From Atractiella rhizophila (taxonomy: Eukaryota): a stretch of DNA of 64,000 bases. The position numbers and the translations under genes were made by a program. This document shows positions 23,233 to 35,879 of this stretch, piece after piece; the stretch's first letter is position 1, and each line of letters starts with the position of its first letter. The stretch is from contig MU271388.1 in assembly GCA_021432655.1 (NCBI GenBank), positions 1 through 64,000 on the forward strand, given 5' to 3'. The notes under the pieces are model-generated. The model was given only the letters and a program-made list of their open reading frames with translations, ran no database searches and was not told where the DNA came from.

Positions 23233-25911
23233 ATGGCGCCTTCCACTCGTCTCCTGCTGCTCGACCTTCCTCCCTCTCTCACCGTCTCCTCGCTGAGGAC
23301 ACACATCCTCTCCATCCCATCGCTTCTGCCGTCCTCGCTCACCGACCTCAAACACCTGCCCAAGCGGCACATGGCCTTTGTCGGCTTCAAGAGCGAAGGA
23401 GACGCTCAGAAGGCGTATGAGTGGATCGGTGGGAGCTGGATAGGTGGAAGGAGGGTGAGAGCGAAGTGGGCGGAGGATGTATGTCTTTTCCTCTTTCTTT
23501 CCTCTTTAGAAGATCCTTGGATGTGGAAGGTGTGATTTGTTGAGCGATGTGTTGATTGGATTATGTGGATAGATTGTGGATAAGCCTCCTGAAGGAAAGA
23601 ACAAGAAACGCAAACGTTCAACAGCGGATGAAGGTGAAGAAGTAGGGAAGAAGAAGTACGCAAAATCCTCAAATTGGAAAACTCTCGCTCTTCCCAACCC
23701 TTCTAATCAATCCACGTCTGCCAACGCCAACTCTGCATCTACGCCTACCACCACTGCTCCTGTACCTCCTGTGGAGGAGGAGGAGCAGAAATCGTTGGAT
23801 TCGGACGAAGAAGAGGAGCTGGAGAGACAGCGCGAACTGGAGAATGGGATATCCGATACTCAATGGCTCCTTTCTCATCGCGCTCGTCATTTATCCCCTC
23901 CTCCATCAGCGGATCCACCGTCTCTAGAACCACCGACAGCTAATCCATCAACCTCCGCGTCCACGTCGTCTGCGAAACCTGCGGTAGACGTAGAGACGGT
24001 CGACGCTGCGGCACTGGAAGTGGAGAAGAAGGAAGGAGAGTACACGAGATTGTTCTTGCGCAACCTGCCTTTCTCTACAACCGCAGAAGAGCTGCGAGCA
24101 CACTTTAGCACGTACGGAGAATTAACAGAGGTAAGTCTCCACTCTGCTTCATCCTATCTGTCTCCGGCTCACGAAACAAACAAAGGTCCATCTGCCCTCC
24201 TCCGATTCAGCCGATTCAACCACCAGCACGACCACCACTTCCAACTCGAAAAAAGCAAAAGGCATCGCCTACCTCTCCTTCTCACTCCCCTCCTCCGCCC
24301 AACAGGCCAAACAAAATACAGACGGGCGGATATTCCAAGGCCGTCTTCTTCACGTTATACCTTGTCAGGCGCGGCATGGGAAGGCTAAAGAGGGGGAGGA
24401 GGAAGGAGAGGGCAAGAAGAGCGTGAAGGAGAAGAGGTTGGAGGAGAAGAAGAGGAGGGGTGGAGGGTTGGAGTGGGCTTCTTTGTTCCTTAATGTGCGT
24501 CTGCTTCCTCCTCTGCTTTGATAAACCGCCTTGTGCGACGGATTCTTACTGTTGTGTGCGTGGGAACAGGCGGATGCAGTGGTGGAGAATGTTTCCAAGC
24601 GACTAGGAGTGGAGAAGGATGAGATCCTCGATCCCAGAGCTGAGAGCAGCATCAATCCTGCCGTCAGACTGGCCGTCGCTGAAACATCAGTTATCAGCTC
24701 CACGCGCGACTTCTTTCTCTCCGTACGTCTCACTCCTTCCTCGACCTGCTTCCCTAACGCAATCTCCTGTCCGCTATTTTGTGGAGGACAGAGAGGGTTG
24801 AACCTGGAAGCGAAAGGCGCAAAAGACGACGCGACCATCCTCGTCAAAAACTTGCCAGCCAACACTAGTGAGAGTCTCTTGCGTGGAATGTTCGAGCAGC
24901 ACGGAACGGTCGAAAGGCTCGAAGTGGCACCTAGCGGTGTGATGGCGGTTGTGCGTATGGCAAGCGAGGAGGATGGACGAAGCGCCTTCCGTGGTGTGGC
25001 GTATAAGAGGGTGGGGAACAGCGTCGTGTACCTCGAAAAGGGTCCAGTGGGTCTATGGGATGGAAAGATGGCGCCAGCCTCCACTGCTCAAGTTGAAGAG
25101 GAAGAAGCGAAGGAGACGGAGCCGGTGGAAGTTGGAGAGGGAGCGACCCTCTTTCTCAAGAACCTCTCCTTCTCTACCACCTCGGCTTCCCTCACTAATA
25201 CTTTCACCCATCTCCCCGGCTTCGCTTTCGCCCGCGTACAGACACGTCCAGACCCTAAGCACCCTACGGATCCGAGCAAGACGCTTTCGATGGGATTTGG
25301 TTTCTTGGGATTTAAGGATAAGGAGGCGGCGAAACGAGCTCTCGGTGTGGTGCAGGGTAAGGAGCTGGATGGACATCGATTGGAAGTGAAATGGGCTCAG
25401 AGAGATGTCGGTTTTGAGAGTGGAGGAGGTGCGAAGAAGGAGAAAAAGGGAAAGAGCTCGAGCAAGATCATAGTAAAGAATTTGCCCTTCGAGGCGTCCA
25501 AAAAGGATTTGAGGGACTTGTTCTCGTACGTATCCATTTTTTTCTTTTTTATGATGATTTTTCGTGCTGATGGGTTTGTTGTGGTATGGTAGGAATTATG
25601 GAACGCTCAAATCTGTTCGTGTTCCTAAGAAATTCACGAATAAGACTCGCGGATTCGGGTTTGTCGAGTTCACATCGAAGAAAGATGCAGAGAGAGCGAT
25701 GGAGACTCTCAAGCACACACATTTGCTCGGTCGCCATTTGGTCTTGCAGTATGAGGAAGGGGAGAAAGACATCGACACGTTAAGAGAGGAGGCAAAGAGA
25801 GGAGGGGAGGGGAAGATCGGAGCGAGGAAGGAGCGGATGAGAGATTTCGAGAAGGGAATCAAGGATGGAGAGGGATTAGGAGCTGTAGACGAGGAGATGG
25901 ATGACGATTGA
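23233..25911 (+). CDS. MRD1: Multiple RNA-binding domain protein 1 (RBM19 orthologue, 18S rRNA processing), 5 RRMs
   Basis: RRMs AFVGFKS, RLFLRNLPF, TILVKNLP, TLFLKNLSF...LSMGFGFLGF and KIIVKNLPFEASKKD...HTHLLGRHLVL; linker AVRLAVAET. Confidence 0.92.
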
Positions 25912-26069
25912 ACAGTCTACATCGACTTGGGTGAAATACATCCTTGCTCGTCGGTTCATTGCAATTTTGTGGGCACAATGCTTATGGTTATCATAGTACA
26001 GATGTTGGCATATTCTACATTGCACCGTAATGGAATGCACCCATGACATGCCCATCCCTGGCATCCAAA

Positions 26070-28485
26070 CTAGGAGTCCTTGAAACGTTCGTTCCATCCC
26101 TCTAGTGATTGCATAGTGTCAGTCAACCCTGAAGCGTCGACGAACATATACGCCAGCTCGCAAAAAGCGAGGTGGATAAGTTCCATCTCGTCGTTCGAAA
26201 GCTGGCACTTCATCAGGATATCTGGATCCCAACCCACCAACGCGAACTGTATAGCACGAAGGACAACAGGGTAAGGCGTGTGCTCCCCCTCTTCCGGTGA
26301 CTGTTCCCAATTGGACTCATGAAGCATGGCCATGGAGGTGAGTTGAGGACTGACAGCAAACACAGCCCTTAGCAAGGCTAGCAGACTCTTCATATATCCC
26401 ACTACCATCTCCTCACTCTGCTTCAAGATTTCTTCCGTCACATTTCCCATCTCTTTCTGACGTCCAACGAGTTCGCGATGCAGTGAAAACACTGTTCGTA
26501 CGATTTCACAATACCCGATCCCAAAATCACCTCGAGGGGTATCCATCCAACCTGTTGAATTTGACGCAGTTCCGGAGCCATTAGGGAAGAGGACGTCTAA
26601 CGCGCCAGTGGTACAGAAAAACGAATTCATGATGGTTGAGAGGTCCTGTATTGTATTCGATACTTGCGTCCAGAAATGCTGCACGCGTTCGATAGTAACA
26701 TTTTTCAGCTTAGATTTCTCTTAATTCGCGCATCAAAACCGTTGTTCAAACAAAAAGCGAGAAAAGCCGCACGAGATGTCCAATTGTTTACTAACAATCT
26801 GTACAACACACCAATCCTCACCCCGAGCAGCAGAGCTGTCGGATATCTCGAGCAAATCTCAGATGAGCACTGTGGTTGGAGCCCTACGAAAACGTCGAGC
26901 GGGAGACTTGAACGGGACATGAAGAACTGAACATCATCATCTGTAATTAATAGTCGGTCGGTTGTGCGAGAAGAAGAAATCGCATCTCGGTTAAATAGAT
27001 AGCAGGAAACTGTCTCGTACATCGGCTGTGATAACTGTGGTACTATGAGATCCTGCCCTGGCTTGATTAGTATGAAGATAGCTTCTGACGGCGCGGCTCA
27101 CCAGCGAGAGCGTACGCCAGTGCTGGATTGCAAGGATCAAGAAAGGACGGCTGTCCTGGCTGTCTATTCCAAACAGACGAATTAGAGGTTGCCTTTGCTC
27201 TGTTTCTGAGGAAATAAAATAGTTTACGAGAAGAAAATTCAACCAGAAGCAGCGCCGCTAAGCTTCCAAATGTGCTCTTCCTCAACACGCCACTCCCATC
27301 AATCATAGTTGTTCCTTTCCTTTCAAGCACTTCGCAAATCGGCTGTCGAAGCTGACCGTAGATGTAGTTCGAATCCTTGCCACGAGTATCTCGGAGACAT
27401 GGGACGTCAGACTGCCCTAGGATGAGAGGATGATTTGTTATTCTTGCACCACAAGCGGAGATGGCTAACTCGCATCCCTTTATTCCATTAGCATTGAAAG
27501 GAGATGGCGAAGAAGCTCACCTCTGCGACGTCGGGAGGGAACTTTGGTTCGAACGGCCCAAAGAGAGTTTGTAAAGGTGTCCCTGCCTACGTTCGAGTTG
27601 GATTGCTTTCGCTGGAGGGAACAGAAACTAACGGCAATGAATAGTAGTTCAGCGGGCATGATCAATCGCGCCACTTAGTCCCAAAAATGAGTCAGCCGCT
27701 GCATCGACAATGTTAGGAACATAGAAGTGAAATGACGAAGCAGATTTCATAACAATCAAACTGGAGGATCGCCTGATTCCGTGACCTCCTTCCTGTGAAT
27801 TTTAACAAATACGGAGAAAAGTCTCCTTTCAGCGACAGATGACGTTGTACGGTACGAAAGACAGACAAGAGAATAGAGCACATACTTTCGCTCAAATGCC
27901 CACTCAATCCTCTCCACAACTCATTCCGAAACATTCTCTCCTCCCCTTTCCTCGTTAAGATTTGCAAGACAGTGCCGTCATCCCTTTCACTACCAAACAT
28001 CTCACTGTTCACCGCACCGATGTTTGAATGAGCGAATTATACGGATGGGGAAGTGGGACCGACCGAGCTTTCGCGATCCTCTTCCCTCTCTTTGACAGTC
28101 CAGTACTTCCAGTCCGGTACCGCAAGAGAATTTGCCGTTCCTCTGTAGGAGAGACAGAGCATATTAGATTTTGTTGTACACAAACAGCGCAGGGCTCATT
28201 TAGGGCATTTAATTCGGGGGCAGACGATACTGAGGAGGTGGTGGTCGAACGGCGAATGCAACGAATGTGTCGAACTAGACCTGTCATGAAGTATGAAAGC
28301 TGAGGGAAGTTTATTAGCTAGCAAATGTGTTACAATGGTCCTACTCTCGTTTCATTCTCAGTGAACAGGAAAGCACGGAGAAGTTGACGCACACAGGATC
28401 GGTTAAGACGGTCCCGTTTCTTGCTATTCGCTGATGGCGGGTTCGAGGTTGTGGATGTGCCTTTGACAACAGTAGACCGATTCAT
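26070..28485 (-). CDS. Zn(II)2Cys6 transcription factor, paralogue A (multi-exon; middle exons not fully resolved)
   Basis: Spliced cluster RLNRSC/DH/CLVRHIRC-x22-CAVCVQQNLIC. Downstream exons are homologous to paralogue B. Confidence 0.75.
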
Positions 28486-29218
28486 ACCTCTTTAGTGCAG
28501 GCAACTATTACGAACAGAAGCAGTGAGTGTGAAAATATGAAATCAAAGGCACTTTGAGTTAGGTGCGGTTTTCACTCGTTCGGTTGTGCTGATAGGGGAT
28601 GCAAAGCACGCATTTGTAACATAAATCTCTTGGAATTTGAACTACATGCCCCAATATCAATGGTAGGCTTGTATCTGGCCTAGTTCGTTGACAAACTAAA
28701 ATGGCAGAACGCGAACCCGAAAATATATCTTTGGAACTTGAACTGTCCATTCAATAATAATGTTTGCGCAGTTGGCAAGAGTGAAAGAGGAGACAATAAG
28801 GCGGCCTCGCACCTGGTATACGCTAAACCTTTACAGCTACTAGCATAATAGACCTCTGGTTATAATGGGAAGGCATTTGCTCACTAGCACGGCTATGTAT
28901 GTTTATATGCCAGTTTATCCGACCGACCAGAGAGTTTATTACAAAGCCAAGTTATTGAAGCACAGCTGGGTACTATACCGCGCCAACGAAAAACGCAATT
29001 ACAAATGAAATTGCAACTTCACCGTGCTTGAAACTGCGAGGCGCCAACAAAACAAGAAATAGAAACAAGTGAATTAGGCATAGGCGAGACTGGAAACAGA
29101 TAATGTTACAACCAAACTGATGATAATGTAGAATGAAGACCAATTGCCCTCAATGAAGACCACAAACAGTGATCTGAAGTCAGTGATTGACACGTTGTTA
29201 CAAATCTGCTCTGCGCTG

Positions 29219-32013
29219 CTAGTCCCTGGTGAAAATATCCTGGTAGTGCTGACAGGCCTTAAAGGCGCGAAACAGCTAGTCTGATGCATCAGCACTGAAT
29301 CGTCCCTCTTACTTCAATCAAAGGACAGACCATAGTTTTATATTGGGAGATATCTTTCACCCCTCCGACATCCCCATCCTTAAACTGCAACCTGAGCTCA
29401 TCGACCGTCCTAGCTCCAGCCAGCAGGTGTTCAGGACTGACAAACTGGGAACAGAGATGTATCACGTTTCCTTCGTTCCTGCACTGTTTTGGCCATCCAG
29501 CAGGAATAAAAATCGCGTCCCCTTTCCGTTGGTGTACACGTAAAGGTTGAACTCCTCGTGTTCTCAGCTCGACAAGCTGATCATCCGAAAGATAATGCGT
29601 CCTGCTGAAACAAGGATCGTCGAAATTTCGCGTCGCCTCGGCAACCGTTATTTGTTCTTCTTGAGCTATGATCTCGTACAGATACGCTCTCAGCTGAAGC
29701 ATTGCATTTATCCACAGACGAACAGCTGCAACCAGCGCAAAGAAATCTTACCGTAGGGATCTGGCCTACCGGGAAGAAATCCCATATCGCTTCACCCCTC
29801 ACTTGCTTAATGGGATCCTTTGCGTATAAGAGCACGTCCACGACTGACTGCGGTTCAACATTGGCCTACAACACTTTAAAGGAGGAGCTCACCATCGTGC
29901 TGATCAGCTTGGATCCTGAAGGTACTTGGAGGAAGACGGAACTGGTTGCCAGCTTTCGCTGCAAAGTCAAGTCTCACTCCCCTATTAGTTGATACCCTCA
30001 GCGGTGTTTTTCAGTACGCTACCCGCGGAACTCACAAATCAGGCAACAAGCTGTTGGCTGGCAGGTAGGAGAGAACGTTGCGAAACCCAGTTGGATTCGT
30101 CCAGTCAGGGAAGGGCAGGAGCTCTTCAGCCGCATCTTGCATGGAACTCGGACGGATGGGAACGTCCTAGGGATTGGAAAATGAGTACACGGTGCGTCGG
30201 TTACGATTTAACGTACGCTGAGACGAAAAGCGTTGTCGTGATTGCAATCCGAATCAAAATGCGACAGAAACTGCGCGACCGAGCAACGCTGGTAATGATC
30301 CACTCTTCGTGCAGAAGTCCCTTTCAAGTTACAGATATCAGCCTCCACAGTCCCAAGTTCCTGCTTGATCCTGATAAGTTTCCATTGATCCCCTATCTTC
30401 AAACCCTTTTGCACAACCGGACCTGTCCATGTGGCCAACTGCCATGCCCCAGCGAAAGAATTCAAGTCCGATTCAGATGTTAAGAAAGTGATGGACGGCG
30501 GGTGACAAATATCAGGAGGGAGCGCAACGGCATCTGCCACATCTTGTACAGCGTACTTAGTCGCAAGATATTCTTCGTGAGGGTGGCAATGATAAGCGAA
30601 GAATGACGACGCCGAGTGAGTTTTGAATTCAACCTTCGAAATATTCTCCACTTTGCCCTTCGTTTTGCTCCAGTTCTTCTTGAGCTTCGGAAGACAGTCT
30701 GTGACCCTTTTCGCGGCAGCACGAGTGAGACCTCCACCCTTTCCTCCCTCAGATATCTCTCTCAAAAGTTCAAAGCACCCCGGACAGTGAGTTCTTCCAC
30801 AATCGCCACAGAAATAGTACGCTTGCAGGATACCAGTCGAGCATACATCACAGCTGAAAGCATCTTCTAGTGACTGGCGTTTGATGACCAGTTCCTTCAC
30901 ATTACCAGACGTCGACTGTGACCGCAACCACCCATACATCTTTTCCTGATGTTGCCAATGCGCATCAAAATCGTGCGCTAATTGGAGCGATATCCTGTCC
31001 ATCATATACTTCAATGCCTCCTCATTGAGCTTGGTAGCGAAGTCATCAGGCAATCGGTATCTCGGCAGTTCCGTGTCGTCGATTAACGTCTCGAAGAACG
31101 GACCATCGCTGATATATTCTTCAGTGTCTCCATTTGCGGAGGATCTCGACTTCCAATCGAAGACCCGAACATACTGAAAGAGGCATTCGTCCTCGATTTG
31201 AAGCTGACAGATGTAACACTTTGGGTAACGACAAAATGTCTCGCTTGTGCAGGCGTGTTGCTGGAAACGAGGTGTCCCCTTATCCTCGATCGACTCAGCA
31301 GTCTGAATTTGTGAGACATCAGGATCCGCCTGCGCTGTGCTTGTTGAGATGGCCTCCCGTTTCGTGGAGTTATGGCGCAATGGACGACCGCTTTCAGATG
31401 AGCTTGACTCTGTGACTGCATTCTTTGCCCTTGAACCACCCTTGCCCATCGTCAATAGCGATCGATCACGCAAATTCGGCTTTGGGTTCGAGGGCAAAGA
31501 CGAAATATCGCTTAGTTGAGGAGATCGAGAATGGTTTTGGACCGTCGTTTCCTCCATTTCTAGAGGCGATTCAATTAAACGAGCGCTTCCGCTAGTCGAT
31601 CCAGAACGCAAGCCGTCCGAGACAGCCAAGGAAGAGGTTCGTCTCTTTTTACTATGTCTACCGTCTGCAGCGTATGAGCGACGTTTGACTGGTCCAGGCG
31701 ATCCCAAACGCGGTGGAGCATGGCCATCGGACGGAGAAGTCGAAGGTGGCGCATCCGTATCGCGCTCATTAGACTGTTTCAGAGACATAGCTGATGTTGC
31801 CGCAGTGAGAGAAGTTCTTGTTGAATGGATAGTTTGAGATGGAGACGTTGGTGTGGTCGATGTTTGGCCACTATCACTGAATTTGGCACTGGTAACTGAT
31901 TGTAGCCTTTGACCTTCTTCTTGCCCTAGTGAATCGACCGTCATGGAAGTTACCTCCGGTTTCATGTCTTCATTTGTCTCGGATGATTCCCTATTGGTCA
32001 CGGTCAGGGTCAA
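29219..32013 (-). CDS. KDM3/JHDM2-type JmjC protein with a Cys-rich zinc finger; catalytic His residues replaced
   Basis: CDVCSTGILQAYYFCGDCGRTHCPGC finger; LPFPDWT...LPDL; AIWDFF; FSRTHYL; QRKGDAIFIPAGWPKQCRN...FVSPEH. The last exon LFRAFKAC...RD* ends at 29219. Start uncertain (first in-frame ATG at 31965). Confidence 0.85.
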
Positions 32014-32235
32014 TGAGATACCAATTCATTTGGTTGCATAGTATCCAAAATGCCGTTATCATTTGTTCTCATGTATCAGTATTTGATGGCGCACACAACT
32101 GTCATGATGCAAGATGTCTGAAACAAATTCTGCAATTCAGACTACCAGCAAAACGGTCCTTAGACTTGCAAACACGTATGAATAGAAAATTAGCCACTGC
32201 TATCTAAAGCTAGACGCATAGTTGTACTATACATA

Positions 32236-32757
32236 TCATCCTAGCAGTAGCAGAGTTTGCAAAAGATGCAATCGGGCTTGGCATACGTTCAAACTAATGT
32301 AGACGCATGAGACAGGAGCTCTGTACGTGGAATCATGGGAAGGCATTTGGCAACGGCTTGGTGCTGTGGACTGCTCCCAAACAGCTGAAGAAAGGTTGGT
32401 GTAGGGCAGTTCACCAGCACACACACTCTCTCTTTGCAACGAGCAGACTTACTTAACAAAGTCCTCTAGCTTCACGGCCCATTGTACTACCTTTACTTGT
32501 TTTATCATGCTACCTCTATCCTTACACGTCTCCAAACACCTGTAAGCGGCCAGAAGGATCTGTTTATCCTTCCCACCTGCACCTGCGTTTCCCATCTGCA
32601 GAACCTGCTCAAGAAACGGCTGCAGGGTATCGATCGTGAGCGCGGTGTCCCCTTCGAGGGCTTGGAGAGAGTCGAGGAGGGATGGGTTGACGATATATTG
32701 GGAGGTAGGGAGGGAGAAGATTGAGGAACGTAACGTGGAAAGCGCGTAGGTCGCCAT
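32236..32757 (-). CDS. Small hypothetical protein (at least 2 exons; 3' end uncertain)
   Basis: ATG 32757, a 102-aa helical-looking exon ending at a GTAAGT donor near 32452. Confidence 0.45.
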
Positions 32758-32994
32758 TAACGCATTAGGTAAGTTGCTCTGATCGCGTATTGCCCATCAA
32801 CCAACGGTACTCCTAACTTGACGCCTCCTAGACGTGTCGCAAAACGCAGAATGGTCCACAGATTCCGCCGCTTTGCGGTGTATCAAGAGGTGTTCGTGAA
32901 CGAGTTCTGATCGAGTGGTTGCAACCGGCGCACGGAACCGCTCGGGCGGGACAAGGCAGCCTAAAAAAGCAAAGAGAAGCTGACAAAAGTAAGC

Positions 32995-33000
32995 AAAAAA
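32995..33000 (-). terminator. Pol III T-run terminator of tRNA-Lys
   Basis: T6 two bases after the tRNA 3' end. Confidence 0.8.
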
Positions 33001-33002
33001 GA

Positions 33003-33075
33003 CGCCCAACGTGGGGCTCGAACCCACGACACTCAGATTAAGAGTCTGATGCTCTACCGACTGAGCTAGCCGGGC
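33003..33075 (-). tRNA. tRNA-Lys (anticodon CTT), intronless
   Basis: GCCCGGCTAGCTCAGTCGGTAGAGCATCAGACTCTTAATCTGAGTGTCGTGGGTTCGAGCCCCACGTTGGGCG forms a cloverleaf with A and B boxes. Confidence 0.97.
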
Positions 33076-33463
33076 TATGGATCATGTTCATGGTGCAAAT
33101 TTCTTTTCAACCGATATAAGCCATTGGGTCTCCCACTTCATTGACAACCCACTATTCTACTCTCATGGATCCTTTTGCTCTTCCAACCCTTTATGCTCTC
33201 TATGGGTGGTAAAACGTTCCATCCGCCCACTTACGGGAGAAAACACGAATGTCCAGAACATCCGTTAAGCCAGCTAGCACTTCAACATTGATCGGCTTAT
33301 GGTGTGAAAGCGACGTAAGACTTTAACGAAGGTATATTTAACAAGGGGGAAACGCAAACGAATGCCTCCCGAACGCGACGTCATGTTTTCCCTTCCCTGT
33401 CTGCAACCCGTCGTGGGACTCGTTATATATTATTCTACAAAGGCGAAGAACGGCGTACCGTGG

Positions 33464-35879
33464 TCAGAAATCGACGTTTTTGACGTCCATTGAACAACTC
33501 CTTGGCAATCTATACGCCGCCTCTCCCTTTGGCGCCAACCGCGTTCTCCACCCCTCCAGTTCCTGCATCGCCTCCAAAAGACAGGAAGCATCAACAAACA
33601 TGTATGCGAGCTCGCAATAAAGGAGGTGAATGAGCTCTAAATCCTTTTGGGAGAGGTCACATTTGTGCAAGACAGTCTCATCCTCAATTTCGGCCATCAT
33701 GAACTGGACCGCTCGCAAAATGGCAGGATAAGGAGTGCGAGGGCCAGTTTCTGGGACCTGCGTACGCAATCACATCGGCTCTAGGGGAGGTGTAATGAGA
33801 GAAGACAAACGGCGAATATTGCGATCAGGAGCTGTAGGATTCCCTTCAAATGCTTCAAGGCCATTTCCTCACTCAGCTTCCACACTTCTGTCGACACATC
33901 CCTCTCCTCTCTCATCCTCCTCGAGAACTCCCGATGTAAAGATAAACCGGCTGACACGATCTCGCAATACGCAACGCCAAAATCTCCACGAGGAGTGTCC
34001 ATCCATACCCCTTCGGAAGATTTGGGAGACAGGAGCCGTTCAAACAACGCAGAACTGTGGAAATAGGCATCCATGATGTTCGACAAATCCTCGACCGTTC
34101 CCGAGACGTGGGCCCAGAACCGTTTAACTCGCTCAGGAGTAACTTTCTTCATCCTCGAACTCGCTTCGTCCAATAGTCAACATCCTCTCCTTTCCATTCA
34201 GGCAAATGCCACTAACCAGATCTCCAATTGTTGACTAAGGACCTGTGGAGGACTCCAACCCTCACCTCTAGCATCTGCATCAGCACGATGTGAGGGCATG
34301 CTCTGCATAACTCGGGAGAACATTGTCCTTCGATATCAGTGAACATGGCCAGAGGGAGGTGGGAGAAAGACATGAAGAACTGCACGTCATCTTCCGTTAT
34401 GGACAGCCTATCACCAATCTGCGAGGCGGAGACAGCATCGCGATAAAACAGATAACAAGCTAAAGAATCTCCGTTCACGCAGTTTCGCTTCTCCTGCAAG
34501 GCATGCTACATTTGTTCAACTGACAGATAGAACAAAAGGGATACATACGGGGAAACTAGTGCGCCAATGATAGATAGCAGCGTCAAGGAAAGTCCTACTT
34601 CCCCACGACGGATGATTTCCTGTTCCCTCCACTTCCCATCAGCCAACCGTTCTATTGGGGTCAGGAGCAGGAAAAGGGAGAAATGACGGTAGACTCACGG
34701 CTGACATAGAACTCGACCATCAAGAGGGTGACGAGGTTGCCCTCATCTACCTTCCTCAACCCACCTTCCTTATCCAACAACCTGATCCCTTGCTTCGCCA
34801 ACTCGAAGCAGATCGGTTCCCTCAGCCTCCCATATATGTGACTCGTGGAAGAACCCCGACTTTGGAGCAGAGTCGGGACGTTGGATCCGAGGATTAGAGC
34901 ATGGTTTGTGACCCGCGCTCCACAGGCGGAGAGCGTAATCATTGCTGCCTGTATTTTTTTGGGAGAATGGTTCAGCGGAGAATACTGAGATGAGAGAGAA
35001 AATGATTTGCCTCCGGCATACCATTTGGATCTCTCAGATCTATAGTGGTAAAGGAGGAGCCTGTCCTCTTGCTCGTGCCTTTGTCAGAGTTCCAAAGTAC
35101 GAGCAATCCAGAGGGCAGGAGCGAATCCGCCACTTATGTGAACGATTTGACCGTCAAATCAAACGACGCCCTCAAAGAGAGAGTTGGACAGACTCTGCAC
35201 AAGATGGACGCTCATCTCTTTCCACAACTCCTTCCTATACCCCAAATTGGCCAATCCAATTGATTCGAGCACGGTTGGAGATTCGTTCCAAACGAACGCA
35301 CCTAAATAGTCTCTCCTCCGCCTTCCTCCCCAACAGATCGAAGACGGTCCCTTCCGCCAACCCCCCATTTCCATCAATACCAAAGATCTCCCTACACCAT
35401 TTCACGCATCAAACAATGACAGTCGCTCGGGGAAATCAACGACGAACTTAGCTTCCTCGATCCGCCTCCCTTTCTTGTTCAACCCACTCGTCCCAGTCCG
35501 ATACCTCAACAAGATCCGTCTCTCCTCAATCGTCGAAGTGGAGCATAGAAGATTCTTGGAGTGGCAGGTGAGACAAGGGTTGAGATGATCGTGGCCGTTA
35601 CGGCTGGAAGAAGATGGATGCGAAGCGGGTAAAAAGGAAGGACGGAGGCAAGATATGTGACGGATGAAACAGTAGTCCTATCAGTTAGAGCAATGAGTCA
35701 ACTTATGGTTAGATGGTAGGAATAGGAAGGCAAAGACAAACGCAAGACAGTGTCTGTCTCCTCCCACCATAAATACTGGGGGAAGCCTTATTGCTCCCGC
35801 TGCTGCTCGAGTTTGCACTCGAAAGCTTTTGATCCTCTGACTCTCTCCATCCTTCTGCTCGATCATAAGATGGCGACAT
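33464..35879 (-). CDS. Zn(II)2Cys6 transcription factor, paralogue B (multi-exon; one internal segment unresolved)
   Basis: RQTLSC/DYCFIRHISC-x24-CLTCHSKNLLC across intron 35678-35741. Shares EERxILLRYRTG, SACGARxTNH, DDDVQFFMS-like, WMDTPRGDFG and ELIHLxxCELAYMFVDAS blocks with paralogue A. Confidence 0.75.
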
